From NCBI RefSeq assembly GCF_022539665.2, contig NC_081331.1, forward strand, positions 10,230,001 through 10,294,000: a DNA stretch of 64,000 bases, written 5' to 3'. Below the pieces are notes generated by a model. The model was not told the origin of the DNA and did not search any database. It saw nothing but the letters and a program-made list of their open reading frames with translations. Both the position numbers and the translations under genes were made by a program. Origin of the DNA: Daphnia carinata (taxonomy: Eukaryota). Positions 28,889-42,600 of this stretch are shown one piece after another. Each line of letters opens with the position of its first letter. Within the stretch, counting starts at the first letter, position 1.

Positions 28889-31800
28889 CGCTATTGGTCA
28901 CCAACCAGAACAACATAGTTCGTTCCTGGTCTGATCAGTGGAACGGCATCAGTCAGAAGGTGCAGCAGAGTACTTTGTGAAAAATCTTTCGTGGTGTGGT
29001 GCAGTGTGGTTTCGAAACCACACTATCCTTGCAGTGCAGTGTTTTCACAGGATGTCAAATCACTCAATTGCTTTTCAAAAACCATTTATCACGAACCCTC
29101 TTGGGCGATATGTATGTTGCTATAACGGAAATCAATGAAAATGGCACGGCGTGACCCGGTAGGCCAAAGTTTCAAATGCAAACTCGTGTCTACACGCAAA
29201 CCGTAGAAAACTGGGCCGGTGTAATGAAAGAGGGAGAACAATTTGGACACATACACACACAAGGAGAAGAGGAATTGCCAGCAGGGACGTGCCGAAAAAC
29301 GTCAAAGGGAAAACCTCAGAAATACTTGCAAAAAAAAGAAAAAAAAGGGGGGAGGGGGGAGTTGGTTCTCAACGACAACGAGAAAAGAGAAACAGAAACT
29401 CCTTTTCTGAGATAGAAGTGGGAAAGGATCTGAATCTCTCACACACGAAAAACCCAGAGGGAAGATCAATAACGTCGACTGCAGACAGCAAAAGACACTG
29501 TTGCCATTTCGTCATTTTATCTCGGTATCCATTAGCATCCAGCAGCAATCCAGCATCAAGTCAACATACTTCTCGTCATAATAGAGACACCTAATTGACA
29601 CAGGAAATTTTTCTTTTTTGTTTGTGTAAGCGCCCTCATTGGTAATAATTCATTTCATTTATAGGAGTACCAAAAACATTTGATCAACACGCGATCGAAA
29701 TTTGGTTTCGTTCCGGTTCATTCGTCTGCTAGTCATAGAGACCAGGAGAATCGATCGCCATTGAACAGTTTTAATTCTTTTGCTATTTTCTCCACGTTCA
29801 GCGTAAATTACAACTTCAAAAAATAACATATCACTAGCTAGTGAAAATCGGACCCGCCACAAACATTAACCGAAAATGTATGGCAGGGAGCCTCCTAACT
29901 CTTTTGGCTGGCAGCAGCAAAAGCGAACGTGGAATGAGGCAACGGGAATGAAAGGGGCCATCCAGTAAGGAAAAAGACAAGAAAACGTCCCACGATTTTT
30001 AGGAGCGAAGGAAGAAGCGAGAATGAATGGGGCTTCCGTCGCTCTAGCTTGTTCCCACTCGTTTTCTTTCCTTCCTTCCTTTTTTGGTTGGCTGTGTGAG
30101 TGTATTTTACTAGCCACTGTTGTGTGTATGTGTGTCTAGTAGTAGCGTATAGTATACGTATGTATTATGTGGGCTGTTATTGTTGGGGTTGCCGAGTGCA
30201 TGGACAAGACGACAAGTTACGTCATCAAATTGAATAGGGTAGAAGAGGCCGAGGCGAGCGACCGTGGCTCGGAAATCATTGCAGACATTTCTATATACTT
30301 GGCTTATTTACTGATTCGTACGTCTAAGTTGATTTCTCGTTGCTTTTTCCGCTTCCTTTTTAGCTTGAAGGCCCCTGTTTCTTTTCACTTCACGCTCCTT
30401 TTATTTAATTTTTTTTTAAACCAGCATGCGGCACCGTCCACTTTACGAGGGACAAAACAACCCTCAACGCCATCTGTTGGAGTCCAGGAATTCCCTACGG
30501 GTGAACGCCGCCGACCCGTCACCACAACAATAATTCGATTTCAACAATATTATTCTGCTATGGTAGAGACGAGCTTCGTTTTCCGGTCATTTATGTAAGA
30601 CCGAACGACATCAACAACAACATCAAAATAAAATGACGCAATTCAGGAAGCAGACGTTCGTTTCTTGGTGAACGTGAACGTCTGAGACAATGCAAAATTA
30701 CGTAGCACTATAGACCGATTCTAAATAGGTCGAACTTGTTTCAAGTGGCTGGGACAAGAGTGTAGCAGTAGACTAGATGGCTCAGGCTATATTTGTACTT
30801 CCCGCCATACGTACACCAACCCAGGGACATCGGGGAAGAAAGAGCCAAAAAGCCCCAAGACGAAGCCGTGCAACTATTTCCCGAAAAATGCCGTGACGAA
30901 CCCAACAACGCTCGTACGATGTCACTGAAAAGTTTCTAGCGCTTACGAGCAACTTCGTTTTTAGTCTTCACCACACAAATTAGGGTTATGTAGTAAACGT
31001 ACTACACACCGCGATCCAACTAATGTTCATACTTTGGACACACGTCAAATAAATCAATAGCGGCTGATCGATGAGCACCGCCAACGGACCAAAAAAGCCG
31101 AATTTCAAATGATGAACGAATGATTGCAAAACAATCGGGAAATGATGCACGGATACGCCGAAACTACTGCAATAAAAGCCAGCCGATAGCTGGCGATCGG
31201 ATGTGGAGTGCACACGAACCCCAGGACAAAGATGTGTACCATTTCTTCTGTCTCTCTTGATACTTCAATTAAATAATAAGCTAAAAACACAAATATGGCT
31301 CGTTGCTGCACAGTTGTACATAACGTTCATAATCGTTCGTCATGTGTGTTTGTTGTTGTCTTTGTCGACATGCTCATGTTTCTCTATACGCCCGGCATGA
31401 CTTTAAAAAAAAATTAGTACCTAATAGGGAGATGCAACGGACTTGAATAAACATAGTGGTACGGAAGGTTAACTGTAGTCTGAGCTTATGGCAGGGTGGA
31501 ATGTGTACGAAAAGTTATGTCTTGCTCATAAAGTTGCATAGGCAAAAAATAAACCCAAAACAGACAAAAACTTTAAAGCTACAGTACACGTATATCTACG
31601 ACGTGTGATGGAATAGTTTTCGATTCGAGGGTAATTGAATGCGAGGGATAGTTGGTGCCTTGTGGTATATATATAGTATACAGCAACATCAATACCTTCC
31701 GTTTGAATCCCAAGGGTGAGTAGGGTTCCCGGCGGAGCACGCTCCGCCTCATGCTCATGGCGAGGGGTTTTTTTTTCGATTAATTTTTTTTTTGTTTTCC

Positions 31801-32053
31801 TCTTGTTGTTGTTGTTGTTGTTTTGTTTTTCTCTTTCTCACTGTCTCCTGCGCTTGCACACTCACTTATTTCCTTCGGCCTGATGTAATAATATACCGAG
31901 CGTAAATATATTATTATTTTTTGAAGGGGGCAGGGAGATTTTGATATAAAAAGAAAGGCAATTTTGCGCACAGTTTACGCAGTGGACGAAGCTAGTGGCT
32001 TGCAGCGATGGAAGAAAAAAAAATACACACACACACACACATACATGTACACA

Positions 32054-32056
<3 letters not shown>

Positions 32057-32090
<34 letters not shown>
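32057..32090. repeat. (GA)17 microsatellite
   Basis: Directly visible. Confidence 0.95.
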
Positions 32091-32093
<3 letters not shown>

Positions 32094-32590
32094 GAACCAC
32101 ACGCACAACTGCTGCAATGCGGAATAATGTTTCTAATGCATCCACCAGGCAGAACGAACCATTTAAGCTCCGATACACACACACATACACACAACCGGTA
32201 GATAAAAACAAAACAAAACAATATACATGTAAGTTGAATGTCAAAGAAAAAAAGTTAACTTGATTCTCTCAAGGATATGGGAAGGGACTGTTAGATCATG
32301 ATGTTGCACTTTGTTCCCGTAAGGGCCACTCGAAATATCAAAAAGAAGCAAAACAAAGCAAGAATTCAATTTCAAGGATCGTTCCGGTTGGATCTCTCTG
32401 ATCTAGAGAGTGAACGAGGAAATCCAATAAAATAACAACACTTTTTCTTTTTTTTTTCTCCTGCCCTTTTGTTTCTTTCCTTGTTCTGTTTGTTGTCCCC
32501 CCTCGTAGCCCAAACCAGCCGGGGGAGAACTTTCCACAGACGTGGAAAAAATACGCGGAAAATGGAAGTAAAAGTCAACGGGCACAAATG

Positions 32591-32618
<28 letters not shown>
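32591..32618. repeat. (GT)14 microsatellite
   Basis: Directly visible. Confidence 0.95.
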
Positions 32619-32623
<5 letters not shown>

Positions 32624-34450
32624 GTTCCCTTCGTAGGGACTGACTGACTGATCACTCGAATTGGACCACTACGCAAGAACCGTCGACTGCTCCGTGAGCT
32701 ACAGCAGCCCCTTGCAGCGGGATAGAACGTGAACTAAAAGAATGCAAAGCATTTCAAAAAAAAAAAAATTTTGTTTCTTTCCTTTTCGTAGACACACAAA
32801 CAAAAAAGCAGAAAATGTGCTATTCAATTTCATTGGGGAACATGTTGAACCATTTGTTTTATTTTCGTGTTTGCGAATGAGAGAAAGAGAGACGAGAGGT
32901 AACGCAGTACGGCAGGGCTCTGCGGTTTTTCACTTTTATAGTTCTACCCTACGACCGACAGGCGGTGCACTGGCCGGAATTTGTGGACAAGGCTCCGGGA
33001 GCTTCTCATCCGCAAGTCTTATACGGGTCGAAGCGAGAGAACGGTTGAATCGTTATATTGGAAGCTCATTGTTTTATTGTCTTGTTATGGTTGAGCACCC
33101 ACTAATGAAACTATTTGTCTCTTCATTGTGTGTCGTATCGTCTAAGGCGAATTAATGAACTGTGTACACTCACAAAAGAATAGGAACAGACTGCGTCCGT
33201 ATTTCATATCATAAACAACAAGTCTTTTATACGCATAGTGTCGTGACTGGGTCAGCAGCCAAGGAGGGTACAGCACAGGCAGCTAGTGGAGTGGGTGGGA
33301 CGTTTGGCTAAGAATAGTCTTTCCATCAAAAAGCGACCCAAACGAAAAAGTATGTAACGATGGAGAGTGGGACGTTGAAAAAAAAAGGAAGGGGGAAACA
33401 TCAGATGTCCCAAAACGTATATATATATAAGAGGCAGCAACGTTGCCGTGTTTTAGAGAGGGTCCCGTCAGTTATCGACCCTTGTTGGACCATCAGCTCG
33501 GGAATCCAATAACTACACACACACACGCATACACACACACATACACACACACACACACACACACGATGTAGCAACCTAATACGAAGTCGATATATCGACA
33601 AATGACGCATTCTTCCAACGTTTGTCATTTGTTTCGTCTTAAAAAAAAAATTTATAATATATGCTACATATATTAGATTGGTGGAATTCTTGACGATCCA
33701 AGAAATTCCACAGAGTGCACTGGGGTTATTTCTTAATCATAAACGCATTTATTACAGCAAACGAAATTTTTACCCGGAGCAATCCGGGATGTTCTGTTCC
33801 AAGAAAATGTTCTTTCACTCACTTATTAACGTCCGTTTTCCAATAGCAAGTCCTAAAATTGTCCATTAATTAGGTCCATTATAGGAAAAGGCTAATCGTA
33901 TGCAGCCATTTGAGCTCTACGTATAGGCATTTCGCTTTTGGCTATACATCGATATCGATCGCCGTGAAAGTCACATTTCATCTAGCTTCACTTGCATATA
34001 TGTCCATTAGGTAAAGAGACTTGCACTTTGCGCGCCCCCCAAGCGCAGCCAAAAGCTTCAGATTGGCTATAAACTATTAAATATCAAAAGAGAATCGATA
34101 CGATCGTCTCTTTGAGATATGAAAGATGATACATTTGTCTTTCCTTTTTGTGTGTGTGTGTGTGTGTTTTTCACGTCAAATTGATTACTGGCCATGTACG
34201 AAGGTTGTTGAGAACAATCGGGGGAAAACTGCCATCATTTGCTAGTAGATCGATAGACCGGATAGGTGGCTTGACTAGCTATGCGCACGCCAGACGCATT
34301 GATTTGCTTTTATCCTCTTTCTAAAACCAAAGACATGGTGACACCGGTATTTTTCCATGGCTCCATTTCTTCGTACTATCGACAAGCGGACAAAATATCG
34401 TCGAAGGAAAGTCTTAATCGAATTGGGAAAAAAACAAAAAAAATAAGTAC

Positions 34451-35314
34451 CCTAGTGCGTTTGGCGATGCGGTGAAGTGACCGCAATGAAATGGACGTGA
34501 TGGTCCAACGTCGGACGCGTTTTTGGAACGTTCTTCTACTTGATTGCGTCAAAAGTTGTTTTGCGTTGCTGGAACGTGGTGAGGAGAGCCTTCTGCCGCG
34601 ATAGAAATTGGCCTGGAGCGAGTGATCTCGTAGTTGACGATGTTTTACAAACGGATGAATCGGCTCTTTCGTCTCAGGTGATGTTTCGTCGTCTGAAGAT
34701 GCTTTCATTGAGGCCGTCCGCGATCGAATATTGCTGGCGTCGCTCCGCGTCCGCCTCCTCGTTTCTTCGGATAAACCATCGTCTCCAGCATCGTCAAATT
34801 CCTCGTCTTCTTCCTCTTCTTCCGGTTCCGGAAAGAGTCCGAATCGTTGCAAAGACTTGAGGAAATCTTTGGACAGGAACGGGTTGAGGCGGTGCTGCAT
34901 GTTCAGCTCTTCCACGTCATCCAAAAGCGTTTGGCGCAACGCATTCACAATTCCGTCGCTGTAATTGCTGTCCGGATTTCGGTAATCGTGCTTGTCGGAA
35001 CGCGAGATCATCCTGGGCGGAGAGAAATCACTCCTCCGCCGCAGATAGTATGTTGTCCACCAATTATCCGGAAAGGAAAGGTCAGCCACCTGCCGGTGGT
35101 TAGACGAACTTCTTGTCGAATTTATGCCTAAATTGAAGCGAATGTGCATCGATCCGCGGCTCCTAGATGGCGTTTGCTGTGCCTTCTTGGAGTTATGCTC
35201 AATCATTTCAACTTTTTCTTCCTTTTCATCCGCATTTTTCTCGTCGGCTTCCGCCGCTTTCCTGATAGATGGCCGCTTAAGCGAGCCCTTCATTATGAAC
35301 CGGCTTAACATCAT
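34451..35314 (-). CDS. Ca-beta: Probable alternative first coding exon of Ca-beta encoding a 288-aa N-terminus (MMLSRFIMKGSLKRPS...HRIAKRTR)
   Basis: Longest ORF in the window, with coding-like composition and no long homopolymers. The first ATG follows an in-frame TAA. Coding character ends at a phase-0 donor AGG|GTACTT, compatible with the phase-0 GSADS exon. Assignment to Ca-beta is inferred from strand, position and phase. Confidence 0.7.
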
Positions 35315-36641
35315 TTTTCTTTTAGAGCTGATGGCAAATCTGCGTCCCACTTGTCTCTCAAATAGATCGCCAATTAGTTGTGATTATCACTGCCGTCCCC
35401 ACCTCGTTCCAACACCAAAAAAAAAAAAAAAAAACTTTCCGCTTCAAAACGCACTCGAGTTTTTTTCCGTTCCGACAGTCCTGCAAACTTTTATTAGATC
35501 CACTAACACTCGTCACCCGAAAATTCGTTATTAAAACTAATCGAACGAGTAGCCGATATTTGCACGCGTTAAATCGCAGTCAAGCACGAAACATCAAGGG
35601 AAAGGTGACGATAACGAGCCACTCGACTCCAATGAAGAAACGCTGTTGAGATCCGTAACGAACGCTACGCCTCTCCTTCAAAAATTTGTTAGGGAAAAAG
35701 AAAAAAACAAAACAAAAACACACACGACCGGCCCTTGTCGACAAGAGCTAATCATTGACTGAAAAATTAAAACGACAGAGACGGGACTGAAAAGATATTT
35801 TTTCACAAAGCGATGGTCGTCTTCAATATTTAGTTTGTTTTTTTAAATAAACCTTTCACGCGATGAAGGAAGAGCTACTATGTAAGAGATCCTCTTTTCT
35901 CTGGATTTTTTTCGTTACACCTTTTTCTTCTATTATAAAGAAATTAGTAGTGGCGGTGCCACATCGACCGAGCAAAGGGAATCAACGGTGTGCACACACT
36001 GTGCGATTTCATGCAAGGCATCGTTAAGGATTTCTTTCACGATTCGATTGAGTGAAAAAATATAATTCGAATGCGGGCGTTGGAAATTTAAAAAAAAAAA
36101 TGTCTTTTCTCTAAAAAGAAAAAGAAAAATTCATTTCTTCGTTTACTAATGAGGACCAGACGCACGCACTGGTAACTTTTTTTTTTGTACAGCTTCATCC
36201 AACAAACTGTAGTACTTTTTTTTTCATTTTATGAAGAAAAAAAGAAAGAGAGAGAGAGAAAAAAAAAAAAAGTGATTGCTACGTGTATAGGAGAGCCTAC
36301 ACACTCGCAACGTACGTATGCAAATATTGAGGCGCTTTCATTTTATTTTTTTTTCTTCACCGGAACTGCTGCTCCTGTCATAATGAGATTTTTTTTTTCT
36401 CTTTTATCAAACATTTCTGCCTTTTTCCTTCTCTTGAAGTCTTATTATCAAATGTGTCGCGTACGTGTGTATATATTTATACGTATTTATACGCGTAAGG
36501 GAGGGGGGAATTGGAAAAAAAAAAGAAAGAAAGAAAACAAGAGCGTTGGCATATTAAAAAGGGATAGAAAGTTTCCAGTTTCTTTCTTTCCTACTTCCCC
36601 CTTTTTGATTTCTTTCTGACTTGTCAAAGCTTTTTACACAG

Positions 36642-36679
<38 letters not shown>

Positions 36680-39600
36680 AGAGAATCAATTATCATTCCC
36701 CCATGCCCCCTAGCCTCTTTTCAGTCACTGCGTGAAGGAGCCATTTGATTCTTTTCATTTCTTTTCTATTCATTATTATTCGTCGTTCGTCCTCTGCTGC
36801 GCTCGTTCTGCCTATGTAATCAGCCAAGACACACACATGCAGACAGCTTTTGCGTACAACGGCCAGAGAGGGGAACCGTCCCGGGCGGATATTTGATTTC
36901 AGGTTGATTTCAAATCGCGTCGCTTTTCGAATTAAAAAAGAAAAAAAGATAAAGAAAATGAGCAGAATCCTTTTTTTTTCCTCCTCCTTCATTTGCATAT
37001 ATAGCTTCCCCTCCTACTCCTTTTTTTTTTCTTTCTTTCTTCATTTCATCTTTGTTTATTTAGAAACGCAGCATCCATGGAGTATCTCAATATATAACTC
37101 CCCCCCTACTCCACATCATTGTGTTGATTTATAATAATATCCCATTTATTTTTTCTTCTTCTTCTACCCTCTTTCGTTCTCTCTCTTTTTTTTTTTTTTG
37201 AGCCTGTTCAGATTATTCATATAAGTATGGTATGGGATCTCCTTAGCGAAGGAGATGAGCAAGTTGCTTCGTGTAGCGGCTGGCGCTCCTAGCTCCCGAT
37301 ACAGTCGATTTGAATTCCCGCTTCTCCTTTTGGGGCCCTATCGAAGCGAGCGGAGCAATACAATACAGCTACGTATATATAAATTCGCTGTTTTTATTTA
37401 CATAGACGTTGATGTCTACGTACATTTGTTCATGTCAATGTTTGCTCGGTTCATTTCGAAATGTACCTGTCGCCAATTGAAAAAGGAAAGAAAAAAAACG
37501 TGGCCGAAAACAAGAAGCAAGAAAGCAAACCTGTTTTTAACTTTAAAAAAAAAAAAAAAAAAATGTGTTTGTTATTCAAATTTTTATGCGACACTACGAC
37601 AACGTGTCAAGATGGTCCCGATGAACTGTAGGGCGGCGGGTTAGTTCACGTGGTCAGTCACCCAAAGGAAACGAGAAACAAGTGCTAGAAGCCCCACGGC
37701 CAATAGGAGGAAACATTTGTTCATTCAAATTTCATATGATTTTTATAATTAAAATATTACGAAATCTCCTGCCCCCCCCCATTCCCAACATATCTGACAA
37801 TGTATAACGCATTTTTTAAATTTTCCTCATATTTTGTACGTGCTCAGAAAGATCTCAAAACTGGTCGTTACCAGAAAAAAAAAAAAAATTCAAAATACGT
37901 TCTTCAATTTTTCGAAAACTTTCAAATACAAAAAGATAAATAACGTAACCAATAGATGGCGATATGTTACCAACAACATCTTTTCTAAATTTAAATAAAC
38001 AAAAAAAAAAAAAAGAAAAAGCATACAGTCCCGAAAAAAAAAAAAATTCCGGGAAAATGCGCGCGTGACCCGTTAATGTGACGAATTTCAGTTTGTCTCT
38101 TAAACCCGGAGCTACTCTTTTTATTTCTTATTTTTTTTTTTTTATTTTTACCTTGTCGCTTATCGTTCACTAGCATGTCTCCTCTCCCTAAAATAAAAAA
38201 AATAAATAAAAATAAAAAGAACTCTCTATATCCAATTTTGTTTGTTATGAACCTCAGGCGCTTTATAAGCAATCGGACAAAGTCACCTAGACGAAAACAA
38301 AACTTTTTCTTTTTTTGTATTGGCCGCGTGGCGGGAGACGACGAAGTCTTTGCCCTCCGAAGAGACAAAAAAAAAAAAAAAAAAAAAAAGGGGACGGAGG
38401 ATATATCCTTTCCGCTTTGGATTTTAGAGTCCGTGAGTGGCTAATAATAGAGAAGTAAAAGAGAAGAAAAAAAAAAGGGGGGGGGGAGCCATTTGAGAAG
38501 CAGAGAGTGGAGAGAAACGGTATACACAACAACAACAAATCAAAAAAGACGGGACGAAATCCCGGTTTGCTCCCGTTCCTATTTGCTTCCTCAAGTCTTC
38601 AGCGTGTGAGCTTAATCACACCCGTCTGGACGTGAGTTTTTTTTATAGACGAGACTGCACGCAGACAGCAGTTGTCCTTTTCTTTTTTTTTTTTTTTTTT
38701 TTTCTTAACTCAGGCACCTCGTTTACAACTGGTCAATCCTCCCGCACAAATTTGCATACGGCAGCGACGTCAATCGAATTTCTTATTTTTTTTTTTTTTT
38801 TCACTCTTTCTGTATATCGATAGGGTGGTCGATTTTCTAAGAAATCCTTGCTTAGTTTTACGATTGTTAGGTTTTTCTTTCTTTTGTGTTCTTTTTTTTT
38901 TTTTTTTTTGGCGGCGAGCGGTCAAATAAATTTTGCGGCGCTATTACAACATCTTTGTGTGTGTGTACGCACAACTCTTTTTTTTTTTTCCAAGAAAAGG
39001 TGGAGACTAGATGGGAGACATAATAGGAAACACGTTGACTACGTCTATCTATTATTCACTCATGAAAGACACACATTAAAAAAAAAACATGTAATCAACA
39101 AAAATCGATCGCAAATGCTATTGGTACAATTATCACGTGGGCATTACACACCTGTGAAAATTGTATTCTATTACTATTTTTTTTTTTTAATGTGTGTGTA
39201 AACTTAACAGTAGACTTGTTACGTCATTCACATCCGGTAAAACATTCTTGTACCATGAAACATAAAAATAAAAGGGATACTTGCCCAAATGAATTATATT
39301 CAAGCACACACACACATCACACACATCACACACACACGTGGGATCTTGGGTAACGAAAATGGCTTTTGGGGTCGCACCTATACCAAAAGGTAAAAAAAAA
39401 AAACGTCTGAAAATGTTGATCGTCATTTTTTTTTAAATTTCTTTTTACACTAACGCATTTTTCGAAAAAAAAAAGGAAAAAGATATATACCCTACCCCTT
39501 TTTGTACCTTTTGGCTAGTTCGTTACATCCACACACAAAATGCAAGGAGAAAAAAAAAGAAGGGGTTCCCAAAAAAGAAAAAAAAAAACCAAAAAAATTT

Positions 39601-42600
39601 TCGTTTTTTTTTTTTTTAACGATCGGTCGTCATTTTTGTTACTTTTTTTTTCTTTCTCTTTCCTTGCCTTCCCCAAAAAAAAAAATATAAAATAAATCCG
39701 GGCATCAAGTCAGAGAGGGCGGCTATGCATATAACCAGCATATACTTTGCATTCTCGTTATACACATGTGCGTAAAAGTACCCACACACACACACACACA
39801 CAATAAACACACTAAAAATCTAAACTAAACCAAAGAATTTGTTTATACTCTTTTTTAATGTTTTTTTTTCTTTTTATTTTTTTTAATATATATTCTTCTG
39901 CATTAATAATTCCTGGACAAAAGGGGGAGGCCCTTTTTTTTTTTTTTTTTTTTTAACCCCCGCACGCGCTTATATAATGGGGATGATTCGAAGAAAGTAC
40001 AGACACCACAACAAAACTAACAACCTGGCCTTTTTTTTTTTTTTTTTTTTTTAGGTTCACCTTTTCATCTTCATTTTTTACGATTTCATGTTGCGTATAG
40101 TTTTGATGGGACATGAGGAATTTTTTTTTTCTCTCTCTCCCTCTAGCCAAATTGGCTCTTTGTACCGCTTCGTACAAACCATCTATACATTATTATTTAA
40201 AAAAAGAAGAAGAAGAAAACGGGGAAAAAAAAAAGAAAATTCATTTCGGATTTTTATGACGGACGTACGTGCGTAAAAAGGAATAAATAAATAAAAAAAA
40301 ATTATTATTATTATTTATGTGTAAGAAATGCACTTAAACCAAAAACGAAGAAAAAAAAAAGAATCACATGATGGGCACAACAACAAGAAGAAGAAAAAAA
40401 AATGTCGGATTCTTTTCATAAATTTTTTTTTTTTTTTTTTTGGACGCGCTGATCGTGGTATTTAAAAAATAAAATAAAATAAAAGTATTTTAATATTCAT
40501 ACGTACACAGCTGACCCCTCTTTTTTTTATGACATCTAATCCAGGACCAGAATCAAATGCCTTGAAGAACACATTTTTTTTTCTTCTTCTTCTTCTTCTT
40601 TCCATGTAATTCGAGATCTGATTGGGTGAAGACAAACATTCCGCACAAGTTCAAAAATTACCACAACATTTTTTTGTCCCCCCCCCCCCCCCCCTTGCCT
40701 CTCCTTTTCCTTCAATAGAATTTTTAAATAACGGCTTAATCTTTAGACACACGATGGCCGCCAGCCTCCATTTGATATTATTCGCCCCACATCAGGATCG
40801 GGAGAATTAAAATAAACGGCCACTTGCGGCAGGGAACGCCCCAAATGAAAAAAAAAAAAAAAAAAAAAGAAAATTCATTTTCAATCTTTTATTTTTTTCG
40901 CAGTTTATTATAGATAGATGGATATACTACATTGTATCTACGCAGATGAAGCAAAACAGTAGGGGGGATGGGGTTACTGTTTTCTGTTTAGTTCCCAAAA
41001 CGGCCCGCAGTCACGAACGAATAAAAACAAAGAATTTTCATTTTTTTTTTTTCTTTTTGATTTTCATCAGTCGAGTGTTTACGAGGTAAAACGTCTGGAG
41101 AGGGGGGTGGGGGGATGAGTTACATTACTCTGTTATTATAGACCTTTTGCGCGTACTACAAAAACTAGCGCCTCGAAGAAAAGAAAAAAACTCAAAAAAG
41201 TTCCTTTATTTTTAACATCCATCTGCCAATCCTGAAGACTTTTGGGTGCCAGAGGGAGAACAAATAAGGAGGTGGTACTAGAATTATTGCTGTATAATAC
41301 CTCCCACCACCTTGAATACCCCCGCCAAAAAAAAAAAAGGAAACATTTTTTTTTTTTTTTTTTTTATAACTCTCAATATAATTTATATGTGGTGGACTGG
41401 TGGTGGCTGATTCCATCAAAGGTCGACACAGATATATACCTCTTTTTTTTTTTTTTTTTTTTCAAGAGTAGATGCAATATAATCCCGGCCAGCGGGCAGT
41501 TAAGAAAAAAAAAATCACGCAAATTGTCCTCTTTTTTTTTTTTTGTTTTTTTTTTGTGCTTAAGGAAAAAGAGAAAAGTTTGGACTCGGTTATTCAGCTT
41601 CTTGCAGACATGTACGAACAGTTATATACACGTATAATATATGTCTGTGTGTTGTGTGTGTTGTGTGTGCACGCACCACACGTAAATGTGTGTTTCACGT
41701 AATACGTTGCCGTGTTTATATTTAACCCTCGAGCCAACACAAAAAGGAGAAGAAGCCCCAGCCAAGAAGATCTAGTTGAGCTGCTTATTACTCAACGGTT
41801 TATTACATTGTCAGTGTGTGTGAGTCCGTGTGGGCCTCCTTTTCTCTCTCTTTTTTCGGAGTGAACGGGAGGGGGGTTCACAAAAATCCCGCTGCCCATG
41901 TTTTGCGTACACCCTCTTTTATTTTATATATTTTTTTTTTTCTGATGGCCCGCAGCCAAAATGGGAATGTGTCGGAGATACTTTTGGTTGTCCTCCTTGT
42001 TATGTCGAGTTCTTTTTTTTTTTTTTTTTTGAAAGTGCGTGCGCTCTCCGGGCTCTTTACTAAGAGAAATTGTCTCTGCCGACTTCGGGTGCTTCTGAAC
42101 GCTCAATATATTCCCGCGTCTTGCTCCCGAAAGAAAAAAAAAAACAAAAATCACGGCTCTGCCCATCCTATTTATAGAAAGAACGTACGAGATTTTTTTT
42201 TTTTTTTTTTTTTTTTTTCGTATTCAGTTGTTTCGTTTTCTTAATAATGAAACTTAAAAACGAACGTGACCTTTTACGACCCCTTTTTTTCTTGTTGTGT
42301 GTCTGGACAGCGGGTGGATTATGATTACACGGGGAAATATCGGAATGCGGATGACGCACCACCTTGCCCTGTAGCGGGAAATCATCATCGTTTCGTTTCT
42401 TACCATCTTTTTTTTTTTTTATATATATTATTATGATTATGATTATTAGAGTCCCTTTTTTTTTTTCTTCATCTTCTTTTGTGGTCGAAGAAGAAATGTG
42501 AAAATGTGTGAACGTAAAGTCCTTTTTGGGACTTTGGTCAGGATTAACTCATAAAAAAAAAAAAAATTACCAGTATGTGCATATATAGCTTCGTGATTTA

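Noticed and set aside
31731..31748. Perfect small inverted repeat GGCGGAGC-AC-GCTCCGCC (similar ones near 15311 and 61946)
   Set aside because: Stems of 7-8 bp are expected by chance in 64 kb and are too short for a pre-miRNA or MITE.
34540..35534. Plus-strand ORFs overlapping the 288-aa exon
   Set aside because: Antisense shadows of a GC-rich coding exon.
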